From contig JBEKWS010000008.1 of the NCBI GenBank assembly GCA_049512815.1, forward strand, positions 7,013 through 71,012: DNA of 64,000 nucleotides, read 5' to 3'. Below the pieces are notes generated by a model. That model searched no databases. It was not told the origin of the DNA and saw nothing but the letters and a program-made list of their open reading frames with translations. Source of the stretch: Bacteroidales bacterium (GTDB lineage Bacteria > Bacteroidota > Bacteroidia > Bacteroidales > VadinHA17). Below, piece after piece: positions 8,507 through 18,470 of the stretch (its first letter is position 1; each line of letters begins with the position of its first letter). The position numbers and the translations under genes were made by a program.

Positions 8507-9508
8507 TTAATAATTATTGTCTTTCTTTCTTATCCGTAATATGATGTGAATGATTATGACACCGATTACAAGAACAAAAATAACCAAACTTATAAGGTTC
8601 AGATATTCATTTCTGTTTGCTCCAATAACATATGATGCATTTAAAATTATTCCGTTAAAGAATCCGTCGCGGCGTTGTTTTTTTGATTCAAATTTATAAA
8701 GTGAGGCCATAAGTATTGAGTTTTTCGAATGACATTCATTACAAAGTTTGATAGCTTCTTCTTTGGGTTTAATCAGATGCGATACAGGAACATTATTGTT
8801 GATTTGAGTGTGGCATTCGATGCATCGTACGTTTGCAAAATGTGAAGTCTGATTAGGCAGCCATTCATGCTTTTGAATAATATTTATCTCTTTTTTATCA
8901 CTCAGAAGCTGAAAACGGCTGAAGTCCGAGTGACAATTCAGACAGATAGCGTTGTCATAAGCAATAGTCTCCTTGAGATTATTATTGTTTCGGACCGAGA
9001 TCTTGTAAGTGTGAGGATTATGGCATTTCCAGCATGAGAATCCATCTCCCTCCATTTTAAAGTGAGTGCTCTTCTGATATTCAGCTTTTATCTCTTCAAA
9101 ATGATATTTCGCAAATTTCTCATCACCACTATGACAATCTATACAATTATACTTTTGCTCCATTCTCAGTTCTCCCGAATGAGGAAATTTTACATACTCT
9201 GCTGAATGACAGTCGGTACAACTGAAGCTCCTGTGATTTGATCTGTAAAATTCATTCTTATGTATAATCAATTCCGAACACATTTGGGCTTTGACCTGTC
9301 TTCCAAGAGTTGCATTAGAGTATTCATACTTCTCCTGTCCGTGACATTTAAAACAGCGGTTGTTATCAGCATCAAAAGGAGAGACAAAGGAAGTTGTGTC
9401 CAAAACTTTACCATTATCTGTTTTGAAACGGAAACTTCCGGCAGAAGGGAGAGAAATTAAATTGATAAAAGCATACAGGATAATTATCCGGAACATAAAT
9501 AATTTCAT
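8507..9508 (-). CDS. Heptahaem c-type cytochrome with a C-terminal membrane anchor
   Basis: Seven CxxCH sites (CFKCH, CTDCH, CIDCH, CWKCH, CLNCH, CIECH, CNECH). N-terminal signal and a C-terminal TM segment LISLVIFVLVIGVIIIHIIL. Confidence 0.85.
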   Translation of the reverse strand: MKLFMFRIIILYAFINLISLPSAGSFRFKTDNGKVLDTTSFVSPFDADNNRCFKCHGQEKYEYSNATLGRQVKAQMCSELIIHKNEFYRSNHRSFSCTDCHSAEYVKFPHSGELRMEQKYNCIDCHSGDEKFAKYHFEEIKAEYQKSTHFKMEGDGFSCWKCHNPHTYKISVRNNNNLKETIAYDNAICLNCHSDFSRFQLLSDKKEINIIQKHEWLPNQTSHFANVRCIECHTQINNNVPVSHLIKPKEEAIKLCNECHSKNSILMASLYKFESKKQRRDGFFNGIILNASYVIGANRNEYLNLISLVIFVLVIGVIIIHIILRIRKKDNNY

Positions 9509-9527
9509 TCCTGATTACTTCATTGAA

Positions 9528-10394
9528 TTAGAATCTGACATGAATATTAAACCCTATCAGCCATTGGCTTTTTTTGAAATCATTCGTGTTGAACACGAGA
9601 TTCCGCTGATTAATAATCTGATCATAGTTGGTTACAAATATCTGGAAAGAATGTGTTGCCGTACCAATTTCCCAACCGAGCGAGAGATTTGGTTTTGGCT
9701 GTACAGCAATACTTTGCTTTGTAAGTAGTTGATCATATTCAATTATCAGCGATTGGGAACCGAATAAATTTGCACGTGCTCCTGCTGAAAGTCCTATGTT
9801 AAGATTCTTATAACCTGCTGTAGAATCTATATTTTGAGGTACGGAATTGAAATATGCCAGCGAAGGAGCTATCTGAACCGAAAACATATTGTTTATTTTG
9901 CGGGCCACAATCAGTTGAGTGAAATAAGATAACCTGTGAATTTGCCTGAAGCTTTCGGCTGGTCCGAAATCTCCTGCCTGTTGTAAATTAACTACGATAT
10001 TGCCATAATATGAAAGTGAAACAGGCATTTTATTATCTTCTGTCTGCCGCAGGATAAGATACTTCCACTGAATATCCTGAAGCTGATAATTCTTTGTTGT
10101 CCCGGCGCCGATCATTAACCTGTCGGTGATGCCATAATTAAGACCTATCCGTGTATTTGCCGAACCATAAATGCCAAAAAGATCATGATAATTTTCAATC
10201 GGGCTGAATCTATGACTTATTTCCAGTTCCAGACCGCCTTTATATGGTGTTTCAACTGTATTAATATCAATAAGAGTGGTCGTTCCAAAAGTAAACCGAA
10301 CAGGTTTTGATGTTACCTGTTTCAGAGTATCTTCCTGCGCGAACAAAGGAGAAATGAATAACGATAAAGTTAAAAAGATAAAAAAGTTTTTCAT
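9528..10394 (-). CDS. Putative outer-membrane beta-barrel protein (resembles DUF5777-type barrels)
   Basis: Signal peptide ending LFAQ, an alternating amphipathic strand pattern and a C-terminal aromatic residue (HVRF). Confidence 0.55.
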   Translation of the reverse strand: MKNFFIFLTLSLFISPLFAQEDTLKQVTSKPVRFTFGTTTLIDINTVETPYKGGLELEISHRFSPIENYHDLFGIYGSANTRIGLNYGITDRLMIGAGTTKNYQLQDIQWKYLILRQTEDNKMPVSLSYYGNIVVNLQQAGDFGPAESFRQIHRLSYFTQLIVARKINNMFSVQIAPSLAYFNSVPQNIDSTAGYKNLNIGLSAGARANLFGSQSLIIEYDQLLTKQSIAVQPKPNLSLGWEIGTATHSFQIFVTNYDQIINQRNLVFNTNDFKKSQWLIGFNIHVRF

Positions 10395-10424
10395 GTTATT
10401 TAGTTTTAACAGGTTAAGATATTT

Positions 10425-10808
10425 CTAATTATTATGGGCTCCCTGGTTGATCCAGTAGAGAACTTCAAGTTTGTCTGCTGCGGTTGACCTTGGAATATGG
10501 GCAGAATTAGTGGTCATTTGATGATACAGTATGCTTGTCGCTCCGGGAGGAGTAATATAGCCCCCACTGCTAAGCGATGTATAAGATTTACCACTCCTGA
10601 GGTCAGGGAATTGAGTCTTTCCATTATGACAAGTGATACAAATGGAGTTGAATATTGGCTGAATATCTGTTTGAAAGTGCCAGGTTTGATTCGGGTCAAC
10701 AGAAGGTGGAGAATATGAATACTTTTCACACGAAGAAAATCCTTCTACTGCCGCAATCAGAACTAATGCAGTTAGTATCTGTCTGATCCTGTTTAATTTC
10801 TGATTCAT
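10425..10808 (-). CDS. Small lipoprotein with a PSCyt1-like monohaem cytochrome c domain
   Basis: Lipobox GFSSC. The motif IQPIFNSICITCHNG...PDLRSG...GGYITPG...LYWINQGA matches the planctomycete-type cytochrome C pattern as I remember it. Confidence 0.65.
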   Translation of the reverse strand: MNQKLNRIRQILTALVLIAAVEGFSSCEKYSYSPPSVDPNQTWHFQTDIQPIFNSICITCHNGKTQFPDLRSGKSYTSLSSGGYITPPGATSILYHQMTTNSAHIPRSTAADKLEVLYWINQGAHNN

Positions 10809-11043
10809 GTTTTTGATATTGTTAATTCGTTCACAAAGATATCTGATTATCCTGATTAATAGTTTTTTATCAGCAACAAATTTGATGCTTACACATGCTC
10901 TTTATCATGTCCAAAATTGATCTTTATCACTCACTCTGATGATATTTATTTTGCCTGAATTTACAAAAAGGATGGTGTAATGAGTGTAGAATAAAAAAAG
11001 GCTTCCTAAAAAGCCTTTTCCCCAATCTTCATTAATACATATT

Positions 11044-12822
11044 TCAGAACTTATAAGCATTATCTTCAATAAGTTTATCAGCGATACGGCGCCTTGCATC
11101 TTTAACATTTACACATTCTACCCGTGAAAGATTTTCAATTGCCTTAATAAGTATCGGGCAGTTTTCCGGTGTTGAGAATGAGCCGATTGCATCAAAAGCC
11201 GATTTTCTGATGATGCTGGCTGTGTCAGACACATTAACGTCAAGCATATCTTTATAAAGTGATACATTCCCTTTCAGTGTTGACATTTTTTCAACTCTTA
11301 GAGCAAGTGATTCAGAGACATATGTTTCCATAATCATTTCAGCTATATTGTTGAGAACCTCCTGTTCTTTTATCAGGTCCTTATCAAATCGTTTTGTTGC
11401 ACCGTGAATACAAATCAGGATAGCCTTTTTGAAGTTCTTGATATATCTTGTTTTTTCCTGAAAATAACTTTCACCTGCTTTTTTACTATCGGTAATAATA
11501 CTTATACCTGAGTAGAGTTTCTCGGCTTCTCCGAACAGGTCAAATTCACCTTTCATTGCACGTTTCAAAGCTGTATCAACAACAAGCAGGCGGTTTATTT
11601 CATTTGTACCTTCAAAAATTCTGTTGATCCTGGAATCACGATAACCTCTTTCCACTGCCATTTCAGCTGAGTATCCCATACCGCCGTGTATCTGAACTGC
11701 CTCATCAGAAACATAATCAAGCATCTCAGATCCCACCACTTTCAGAATTGCTGCCTCAACAGCATAGTGACTGATTGCTTCAATTGAAGCCCTGCCATAA
11801 TCACCGCAATCAACTGTCAGTCTCTTCATCAGAATATCGATATCAAAACTTACTCTGTAAACAGCTGATTCTGAGGCAAAAAGACGAATAACCTGTTCAG
11901 CCATTTTGTGCTTTAATGCTCCAAATGTTGAAATTAAAACTCCAAACTGTTTTCTCTCGTTGGCATATTTAACCGAATCATTAATCGCTTTTTTAGCAGC
12001 TCCAATGACATTAGCTCCAAGCTTAAGACGACCCATGTGAAGGATACTAAGAGCAATCCTGAACCCTTCTCCTCTTTTACCAAGCAGGTTTTCTACCGGC
12101 ACTTTAACATCATTAAAGTAGATCTGGGCCGTTGAAGATCCTTTAATTCCCATTTTGTGCTCATCGGGACCCACAACTACACCCGGGTACTTACTTTCTA
12201 CAATAAACGCACTAAGGACCCTGTCGGTATCAATTTTTGCAAATACCACCAGTGTATCTGCAAATCCGGCGTTTGTGATCCACATCTTCTGTCCGTTAAG
12301 GATATAGAATTTGCCGTCTTCACTTAATTTAGCATTAGTTTTCCCTGAGTTTGCATCGCTTCCGGCACCCGGTTCGGTAAGACAGTATGCTCCGATAAAT
12401 TCACCGGAAGCCAGTTTTGTAACGTAACGCTCCCTTTGATCCTTGTTTCCATAGTACATGATTGGTAAGGTACCAATACCACAATGTGCCATATATGCTA
12501 CGGAAAATGAATAGCCGGCACCTGTTGTTTCAGCCACAAGCATCTGTGTAATGAATGATTGTCCGAATCCGCCAAACTCTTCCGGAATTGATATTCCCAT
12601 TAATCCAAGTTCACCTGACTTTTTAAGTATACTTTTCATCAGTTCCCTGTCACTCTTCTCAACTTTTTCCAGATTGGGATATACTTCAGTTTCAAGAAAG
12701 TCGCGGCATGTCTGAGCAATCATTTTTTGTTCTTCATTGAATTCCTCCGGAATGAAAATATCTTTCGATTCAACTTCGTTTACAAGAAATTCACCGCTTT
12801 TCAAAAGTTTATTGTTTTCCAT
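11044..12822 (-). CDS. Long-form acyl-CoA dehydrogenase (592 aa)
   Basis: Hallmarks of the acyl-CoA dehydrogenase family (CLTEPGAGSD, QIHGGMGY, IFEGTNEI). Last gene of the etf operon. Confidence 0.9.
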   Translation of the reverse strand: MENNKLLKSGEFLVNEVESKDIFIPEEFNEEQKMIAQTCRDFLETEVYPNLEKVEKSDRELMKSILKKSGELGLMGISIPEEFGGFGQSFITQMLVAETTGAGYSFSVAYMAHCGIGTLPIMYYGNKDQRERYVTKLASGEFIGAYCLTEPGAGSDANSGKTNAKLSEDGKFYILNGQKMWITNAGFADTLVVFAKIDTDRVLSAFIVESKYPGVVVGPDEHKMGIKGSSTAQIYFNDVKVPVENLLGKRGEGFRIALSILHMGRLKLGANVIGAAKKAINDSVKYANERKQFGVLISTFGALKHKMAEQVIRLFASESAVYRVSFDIDILMKRLTVDCGDYGRASIEAISHYAVEAAILKVVGSEMLDYVSDEAVQIHGGMGYSAEMAVERGYRDSRINRIFEGTNEINRLLVVDTALKRAMKGEFDLFGEAEKLYSGISIITDSKKAGESYFQEKTRYIKNFKKAILICIHGATKRFDKDLIKEQEVLNNIAEMIMETYVSESLALRVEKMSTLKGNVSLYKDMLDVNVSDTASIIRKSAFDAIGSFSTPENCPILIKAIENLSRVECVNVKDARRRIADKLIEDNAYKF

Positions 12823-12849
12823 CGTTTTCAGATAATTATTTGGACTAAT

Positions 12850-13644
12850 CTATAATTCAAGTGATTGTACAATTAGTTCTGCAATGTCAAGATTTTTGAT
12901 CACTTCTTCTCTGTTTTTATACTTAAGACCATCAGTCAGCATTGTCATACAAAACGGACAGGCAGTTGCAATTACCGTAGCATCAGTCTTAAGGGCATCT
13001 TCAGTTCTCTCTATAAAAATTTCCTTGTTGCCTTTTTCTGCCTCCTTAAACATTTGAGCACCACCGCCTCCACAACATAATGCGAAACTTTTGTTTCTGT
13101 GCATCTCAACCAGATTACCAGTCAGCTTTTTAAGTATAATTCGTGGTTCGTCATATATATCATTTGCTCTTCCGAGATAACATGGATCGTGATAAGTAAT
13201 TGATATATTATTTAATGAAACAGAATCAATTTTTAAATTACCTTCTTCGATATTCCTGTTAAGAAACTGAAGGTAGTTAATAACTTCGTATTCACCGCCG
13301 AGATCAGGATATTCGTTCTTAAAGATGTTGAAACAATGCGGGCAAATGGTAATGATCCTTTTCACATCGTACATTCTGAATATCTCAATTAACCGCAGCG
13401 CCTGCATCTGAAAAAGCATTTCGTTGCCGGCACGTCTTGCAGGATCACCGTTGCAAGTCTCTTCTTTCCCAAGAACAGCATAACTGACATTCAGATACAT
13501 GAGGATTTTCGCAAATGCCCTGACAACCTTTTTGTACCTGTCATCAAAAGCTCCTGCACAACCTACCCAGAATAGGTATTCAGGCTTTTCTCCTCGTGCA
13601 AAAAGGTCTGCCATAACAGGGACTTCAATTTTCCGGGTTTCCAT
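12850..13644 (-). CDS. (Fe-S)-binding protein with CCG domains (HdrD/GlpC-like C-terminal half of an ETF-linked oxidoreductase)
   Basis: Two cysteine-rich CCG-type motifs, including ALCCGGGG. Confidence 0.8.
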   Translation of the reverse strand: METRKIEVPVMADLFARGEKPEYLFWVGCAGAFDDRYKKVVRAFAKILMYLNVSYAVLGKEETCNGDPARRAGNEMLFQMQALRLIEIFRMYDVKRIITICPHCFNIFKNEYPDLGGEYEVINYLQFLNRNIEEGNLKIDSVSLNNISITYHDPCYLGRANDIYDEPRIILKKLTGNLVEMHRNKSFALCCGGGGAQMFKEAEKGNKEIFIERTEDALKTDATVIATACPFCMTMLTDGLKYKNREEVIKNLDIAELIVQSLEL

Positions 13645-13712
13645 TTTTTATCTTTTCTTTAAACTTTTAATTACACAGAGAGCCACAGAAGGTTCACAGA
13701 GGTACACAGAGG

Positions 13713-15032
13713 TTAATGAATATTTAGTTCCAGATCTTTTGCCCAAAGCAGCCTGTCCTCAGCTGAGTATTGCCACGGTGCACCGTTATTTTCTATATTA
13801 TTGAAAACTGTTTTAAGTTCGCCCGGAGCAGATGCTTCCTCCATTACAAGATACCTGCGCATGTCTAAAATCAATATGGGATGGTTAATATTAATAGGGC
13901 ACTCTTTTGCACAGGCATTGCATGTTGTGCAAGCCCAGAGCTCTTCCTCAGAAATATAATCCCTTAACAGAGACCGGTTGTCATTGAAATCTCTTCCGTT
14001 TTTAACCATTGCAGGACCCTTCTCTTTCATTCTTGCTCTCAGGTCCATCATGACTTTCCGGGGGGACAATTTCTTACCGGTGATATTTGCCGGACAGACG
14101 GAAGTGCACCTGCCGCATTCCGTACATGCTAATGAATCAAAATAGTTTTTCCATGAAGTATCTTCTGCGTCTTTCACTCCAAACCGTTCAGGAGGAACAT
14201 CAGAAGCGGTTGCAGTGAAGACTGCATTCGCATCAAGCATGAGTTTTACTTCCCTTGTAATACTGTCCATATTCGGAAGCTTACCAAGCGGATCTAACCT
14301 TGATAGAAACACATTCGGTATTGACATGAACACGTGGAAATGCTTTGAATAGGGTAAAATGTTTGCAAATAGAAATATCAGAAGTATATGGGTCCACCAT
14401 GATGCTTCATACATAAGTCTGAAACTTTCTGCATGACCACCCGTAATGAAACCTGCAATCACTGAGCTGACCGGGAAAAGGCCGACTGAAACATCGCCTG
14501 TAAGTGACTTATATTCAATATACCCGGTATTCATTGTAAGCAGCGAAATCATTAATAGCAGGATTATTGATAATGCAATATTTGCATCAATATGAGAAAT
14601 CCTTTTCATTTCAATACCTTCAAATCTCTTTATATGGAAGAAAATTCTGCGGCTCATGAAAATAATTATTGAAATGGCAACCAGAAGCGCAAAGATATCG
14701 CCGGAAGCCATTATTATTTTATATACAGGTCCCAGGAACTGTAAAACCCTCTCTGTACCTGTAAGTCCGTCAATGACCATTCCTAGACTCCCGAAAATTA
14801 TTACACAAAATCCCCAGAAGACCAGCGCATGAAATAATCCGATTATGGGTCTCCGGAAAATTTTTGTCTGACCAAAGGCAACTGTAAGCATGACTTTTAT
14901 TCTCTTTCCGAAGTCCTTTACCTGGAATGCCGGTCTGGTAAATCTGAAAAACCTGATAATCCTGTTAATTGTGTAAGAAAATGTCCCTATTGTTATCAGG
15001 AGAATGGTTGTAAATACTATCTGTTTTGTCAT
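13713..15032 (-). CDS. Membrane-bound 4Fe-4S dicluster protein (N-terminal half of an ETF-linked Fe-S oxidoreductase)
   Basis: About 5-6 N-terminal TM helices, then CTECGRCTSVCP and CTTCNACAKECP. Confidence 0.8.
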   Translation of the reverse strand: MTKQIVFTTILLITIGTFSYTINRIIRFFRFTRPAFQVKDFGKRIKVMLTVAFGQTKIFRRPIIGLFHALVFWGFCVIIFGSLGMVIDGLTGTERVLQFLGPVYKIIMASGDIFALLVAISIIIFMSRRIFFHIKRFEGIEMKRISHIDANIALSIILLLMISLLTMNTGYIEYKSLTGDVSVGLFPVSSVIAGFITGGHAESFRLMYEASWWTHILLIFLFANILPYSKHFHVFMSIPNVFLSRLDPLGKLPNMDSITREVKLMLDANAVFTATASDVPPERFGVKDAEDTSWKNYFDSLACTECGRCTSVCPANITGKKLSPRKVMMDLRARMKEKGPAMVKNGRDFNDNRSLLRDYISEEELWACTTCNACAKECPININHPILILDMRRYLVMEEASAPGELKTVFNNIENNGAPWQYSAEDRLLWAKDLELNIH

Positions 15033-15039
15033 AGTAAAC

Positions 15040-16011
15040 CTATGTCTTTTTAACTTTTTTTATTGCTTCAACAAGTTTTGGAAGAACTTTCATAGCATCG
15101 CCAATTATACCATATTGGGCCACTTCAAAAATAGGAGCATTTTTATCGGTATTGATAGCAACAATATATTTCGATGAACTGATACCTGCAAGATGCTGTG
15201 TTGCACCTGAAATACCTGCAGCAATATAGAGGTTCGGGGCGATGATCTTACCCGTCTGTCCGGTATGTTCTTCGTGAGGTCTCCAACCTTCATCAGACAC
15301 CGGACGTGAACATGCTGTTGCAGCTCCGAGTAAAGCAGCCAGTTCTACAAGCGGAGACCAGTTGTCGGGCGACTTCATACCCCTTCCGCCAGATACAACA
15401 ATATCTGCATCTGTCAGAAGTATTTTACCTGATTGTTTCTGAACCTCCTTTACCACTGTTTTCAGCAATGACACATCCACGGGCGTATTCAGATTCTCAA
15501 TCGTAGCATTATTGGTTGTTTCAATCAGATCGAAAGAATTCTGAGCCAGTGTGAGTATTTTTACATCGGATTTGATAACCAAATGAGCAAATGCATTCCC
15601 GGAATAAATCCTTTTATAAACAGTGAAAGGATTCAGATTCAAAGGAAGTCTGCTTACACCTGAACCGACACCGGCTTTCAGACGCACAGATAACCTGGGA
15701 GCAATTGCTTTCCCTGTATTATTATTCGATATTAAAATAACTGTGGCGTTTTCTTTCCAGGAGAGCTCAGAGATGACACTTGTATAAGCCTGACTATCAA
15801 GGGTTTTAAACTGATCATTATTAACATTAATGATCTTGTTTGCACCATAGTTCCCAAGCTTATTTAATTCGCCCTCATGAACCTTCCCGATTGATATTGC
15901 GGTTACTGTAGTACTTAGCATTTTTGCAACACCAGATGCATAAGAGACCAGTTCAAAAGAAAGTTTTTTAAATTTCCCATCCCAATTCTCGGTATATACT
16001 AATACTGACAT
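15040..16011 (-). CDS. etfA: Electron transfer flavoprotein alpha subunit
   Basis: EtfA C-terminal FAD-binding signature (PNLYIAAGISGATQHLAG) and position after etfB. Confidence 0.9.
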   Translation of the reverse strand: MSVLVYTENWDGKFKKLSFELVSYASGVAKMLSTTVTAISIGKVHEGELNKLGNYGANKIINVNNDQFKTLDSQAYTSVISELSWKENATVILISNNNTGKAIAPRLSVRLKAGVGSGVSRLPLNLNPFTVYKRIYSGNAFAHLVIKSDVKILTLAQNSFDLIETTNNATIENLNTPVDVSLLKTVVKEVQKQSGKILLTDADIVVSGGRGMKSPDNWSPLVELAALLGAATACSRPVSDEGWRPHEEHTGQTGKIIAPNLYIAAGISGATQHLAGISSSKYIVAINTDKNAPIFEVAQYGIIGDAMKVLPKLVEAIKKVKKT

Positions 16012-16042
16012 ATCGTAGTGATTTATTGTTTTTATCTAATTA

Positions 16043-16792
16043 TCATATAACTTTTGCTTCATTCTGTAAAAGATCAATAAGCTGCGCCGGATTATCCGGA
16101 TCAATATATTTACAGGCCGCACGTGCTGTCGGTTTTTCAAATACAACAATCTGGGTCAATGAATCAATTGCGACTGGTTCAACCAGTTTTACAGGTTTTG
16201 ATCTCGCCATCATAATACCACGCATAGCTGCGATTCGGGGTTCTTTGGCAATACCCTTCTGGACAATAGCAACAAATGGAGCTGGTACTGTTACAACTTC
16301 TTTGCCTCCGTCTATTTCCCTGGTCATAACCGGCTGTCCGTTTTCAATTCTAATACCTGAAACAGCTGAAACTGAAGGAATCCCGAGAAATTCAGAGATC
16401 ATCCCTCCTACTAAGGACCCGTTAAAATCGCTTGATTCAATACCGCACATGATGACATCAAACTGTTCTTTTTTAACCACTTTAGCAATCTGGGCTGCAA
16501 CAAACCAGGCATCAGATGATTCTGCATTTACCCTGATTGCATCATCAGCGCCAATAGCCAGGGCTTTACGGATTGTTGGCTCCGATGTTGCGGGACCAAC
16601 ATGGATGACAGTAACAGATTTTATTCCACTTGCCGTATCCTCTTTAAGTTCAAGGGCACGCGTAAGAGACAATTCGTCCCATGGGTTAATAACCCACTGA
16701 ATACCTGTAGTGTCAATTGAGGCATTTCCTTCGGCAAATTTAATCTTTGTCGTTGTGTCGGGAACATTACTGATACAAACCAGAATTTTCAT
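16043..16792 (-). CDS. etfB: Electron transfer flavoprotein beta subunit
   Basis: EtfB-like N-terminus MKILVCISNVPDTTTKI. 249 aa, upstream of etfA. Confidence 0.9.
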   Translation of the reverse strand: MKILVCISNVPDTTTKIKFAEGNASIDTTGIQWVINPWDELSLTRALELKEDTASGIKSVTVIHVGPATSEPTIRKALAIGADDAIRVNAESSDAWFVAAQIAKVVKKEQFDVIMCGIESSDFNGSLVGGMISEFLGIPSVSAVSGIRIENGQPVMTREIDGGKEVVTVPAPFVAIVQKGIAKEPRIAAMRGIMMARSKPVKLVEPVAIDSLTQIVVFEKPTARAACKYIDPDNPAQLIDLLQNEAKVI

Positions 16793-16870
16793 CTAAACAT
16801 TGATATTAGTTAATTAACTTATTCAGAATATTTATAGAATCAATATTGTATTTTTCAACCTTTGAGGCGG

Positions 16871-16878
16871 CAAATATA
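16871..16878 (-). promoter_or_regulatory. Candidate Bacteroidota -7 promoter box TATATTTG for the etf operon
   Basis: Exact TAnnTTTG match on the minus strand, about 80 nt upstream of the etfB ATG. Confidence 0.3.
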
Positions 16879-17093
16879 ATAATTTATGCTTCACAATCAA
16901 ATCACATAAATATCATTTCTTATGTATATTCGAAATAAAACATATTCATAACTGCCTATATTACTTATTATTAGACTGCCCTTCTATCAACGAAATTAAT
17001 TACAGTCGAAAGCGATTTAACTAATAATCTGAAATCATATGACCGCTCCGGTTATTAATTTCTATTGCCAATATTTATTACCGATTTTCTTAA

Positions 17094-17257
17094 CCCTTCC
17101 CCGACCCTTCCCTGCAGGCAGGCTTCGCTAAAATTGCCTGCCAGGCAATTTTTTTAACACTAGGCCCTCTCAAACAATAAGGGAAGGGCGAACATACTAA
17201 TAAATAATTAGTTACTCACCTTCCCTTAGACTTAATGGAAGGGGTTGGGGGATGGGT
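17094..17257. repeat. GC-rich hairpin cluster, including a terminator-like hairpin with a T-run
   Basis: ggcaggc (17117-17123) pairs with gcctgcc (17136-17142), followed by caggcaa and ttttttt. cccttccc (17105-17112) is complementary to gggaaggg (17181-17188). ccttcc pairs with ggaagg at 17219-17242. Confidence 0.5.
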
Positions 17258-17451
17258 TCTTAATATGTAGGAAAGGGTCAGGAAAATGAGAATGGTTCAG
17301 TGTTTTAGTAAAATCAAAGGGGAGGCATATCAGGGAATAAGGCATTGGCTATAATTCTAACCCAAAAATTGTCGGATATATATCAAATTATACCATTTTT
17401 AAATATAAATTCGCAGCGCCGGAAAAACACGACTTCATAAAATTTTTCAAA

Positions 17452-18375
17452 TTGAACAAACAAGTAAAAACATATGTGGCAGTAGTGTTGTCAATGATCT
17501 TCTGGTCCTTTTCATTCATCTGGTTCAAGGTTGCAAACAAAACATTTCATCCCATCACTATTGTCTTTATAAGACTTTTGTTTTCAGCAATTCTCCTGAC
17601 AGTTTATCTGAGTGTTACAAAGAATTATATGAAGATAATAAAAGGCGATTGGAAACTATTCCTTATGCTTTCTTTGTTTGAACCTTTTTTCTATTTTCTC
17701 GGCGAGAGTTTCGGACTAACTTATGTATCGGCAACTGTTTGTTCAGTACTGATTTCCACGATACCTGTTTTTGCTACTATAGCCTCATGGTTGATCTTTA
17801 AAGAGAAGCTGAAGCCAGTAAATTATGCAGGAATAATCTTATCTTTCATAGGAGTTCTTGTGTTTATACTTAACAGCGATGGAACTATTTCATTCAACAT
17901 TAAAGGATTGGGGCTTCTTACTCTTGCAGTCTTTTCAGCTGTCGGTTATAACCTGACTCTTAGTCGTCTGGTTGGAATATATAGTCCGGTTTATATTGTA
18001 AATGCTCAGAATTTAATCGGAGCAGTTTTCTTTCTTCCCCTTTTTTTAATACTCGATTTTAAACATTTTATCAGTACTCCATTCACTTTTAGTATGTTCA
18101 AACCAATAATCGAGCTTTCTTTCTTTGCATCATGTGGCGCTTTCATTCTCTTCGCATACTCTGTCAGAAATATGGGAATTACTAAGGCAAATGTTTTTTC
18201 AAATTGTATTCCTGTTTTCACGGCACTCTTTTCTTTCATTTTAATAGGTGATAAGCTGACTGTTCAGAATATAATTGGGATGGCCATTGTGATTGCCGGT
18301 CTTTTTATGTCACAGATTAATGGATTGAAAAAGAGCATAGGTGAAGCGCTTACACTTACCGGGAAAACTGCCTGA
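17452..18375 (+). CDS. DMT superfamily (EamA-like) transporter
   Basis: Ten predicted TM helices in two EamA-like halves, 307 aa. Confidence 0.8.
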   Translation: MNKQVKTYVAVVLSMIFWSFSFIWFKVANKTFHPITIVFIRLLFSAILLTVYLSVTKNYMKIIKGDWKLFLMLSLFEPFFYFLGESFGLTYVSATVCSVLISTIPVFATIASWLIFKEKLKPVNYAGIILSFIGVLVFILNSDGTISFNIKGLGLLTLAVFSAVGYNLTLSRLVGIYSPVYIVNAQNLIGAVFFLPLFLILDFKHFISTPFTFSMFKPIIELSFFASCGAFILFAYSVRNMGITKANVFSNCIPVFTALFSFILIGDKLTVQNIIGMAIVIAGLFMSQINGLKKSIGEALTLTGKTA

Positions 18376-18470
18376 TCTTCTCCAGATGCATATATCCTAT
18401 TCATTAATACTAATTTACATAACCACTCCGTTTAGATAAATCATACTATATTTGGTGTGTATTGACAGTT

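Noticed and set aside
9528-10394. An MtrB/PCC-type porin that would make the operon a classical porin-cytochrome conduit.
   Set aside because: At 288 aa the barrel is far smaller than known cytochrome-sheathing porins (roughly 650-700 aa). It is kept only as a hypothesis of an outer-membrane component of unknown role.
16026-16700. A 224 aa plus-strand ORF, with similar long antisense ORFs at 27562-28122, 43292-43945, 19985-20512 and 40909-41229.
   Set aside because: Each lies entirely antisense to a well-supported gene (etfB, DUF4097, MFS, cmk/ispH, hsdR). Their compositions are low-complexity and Ser/Thr/Pro/Ile-rich, typical of shadow ORFs.
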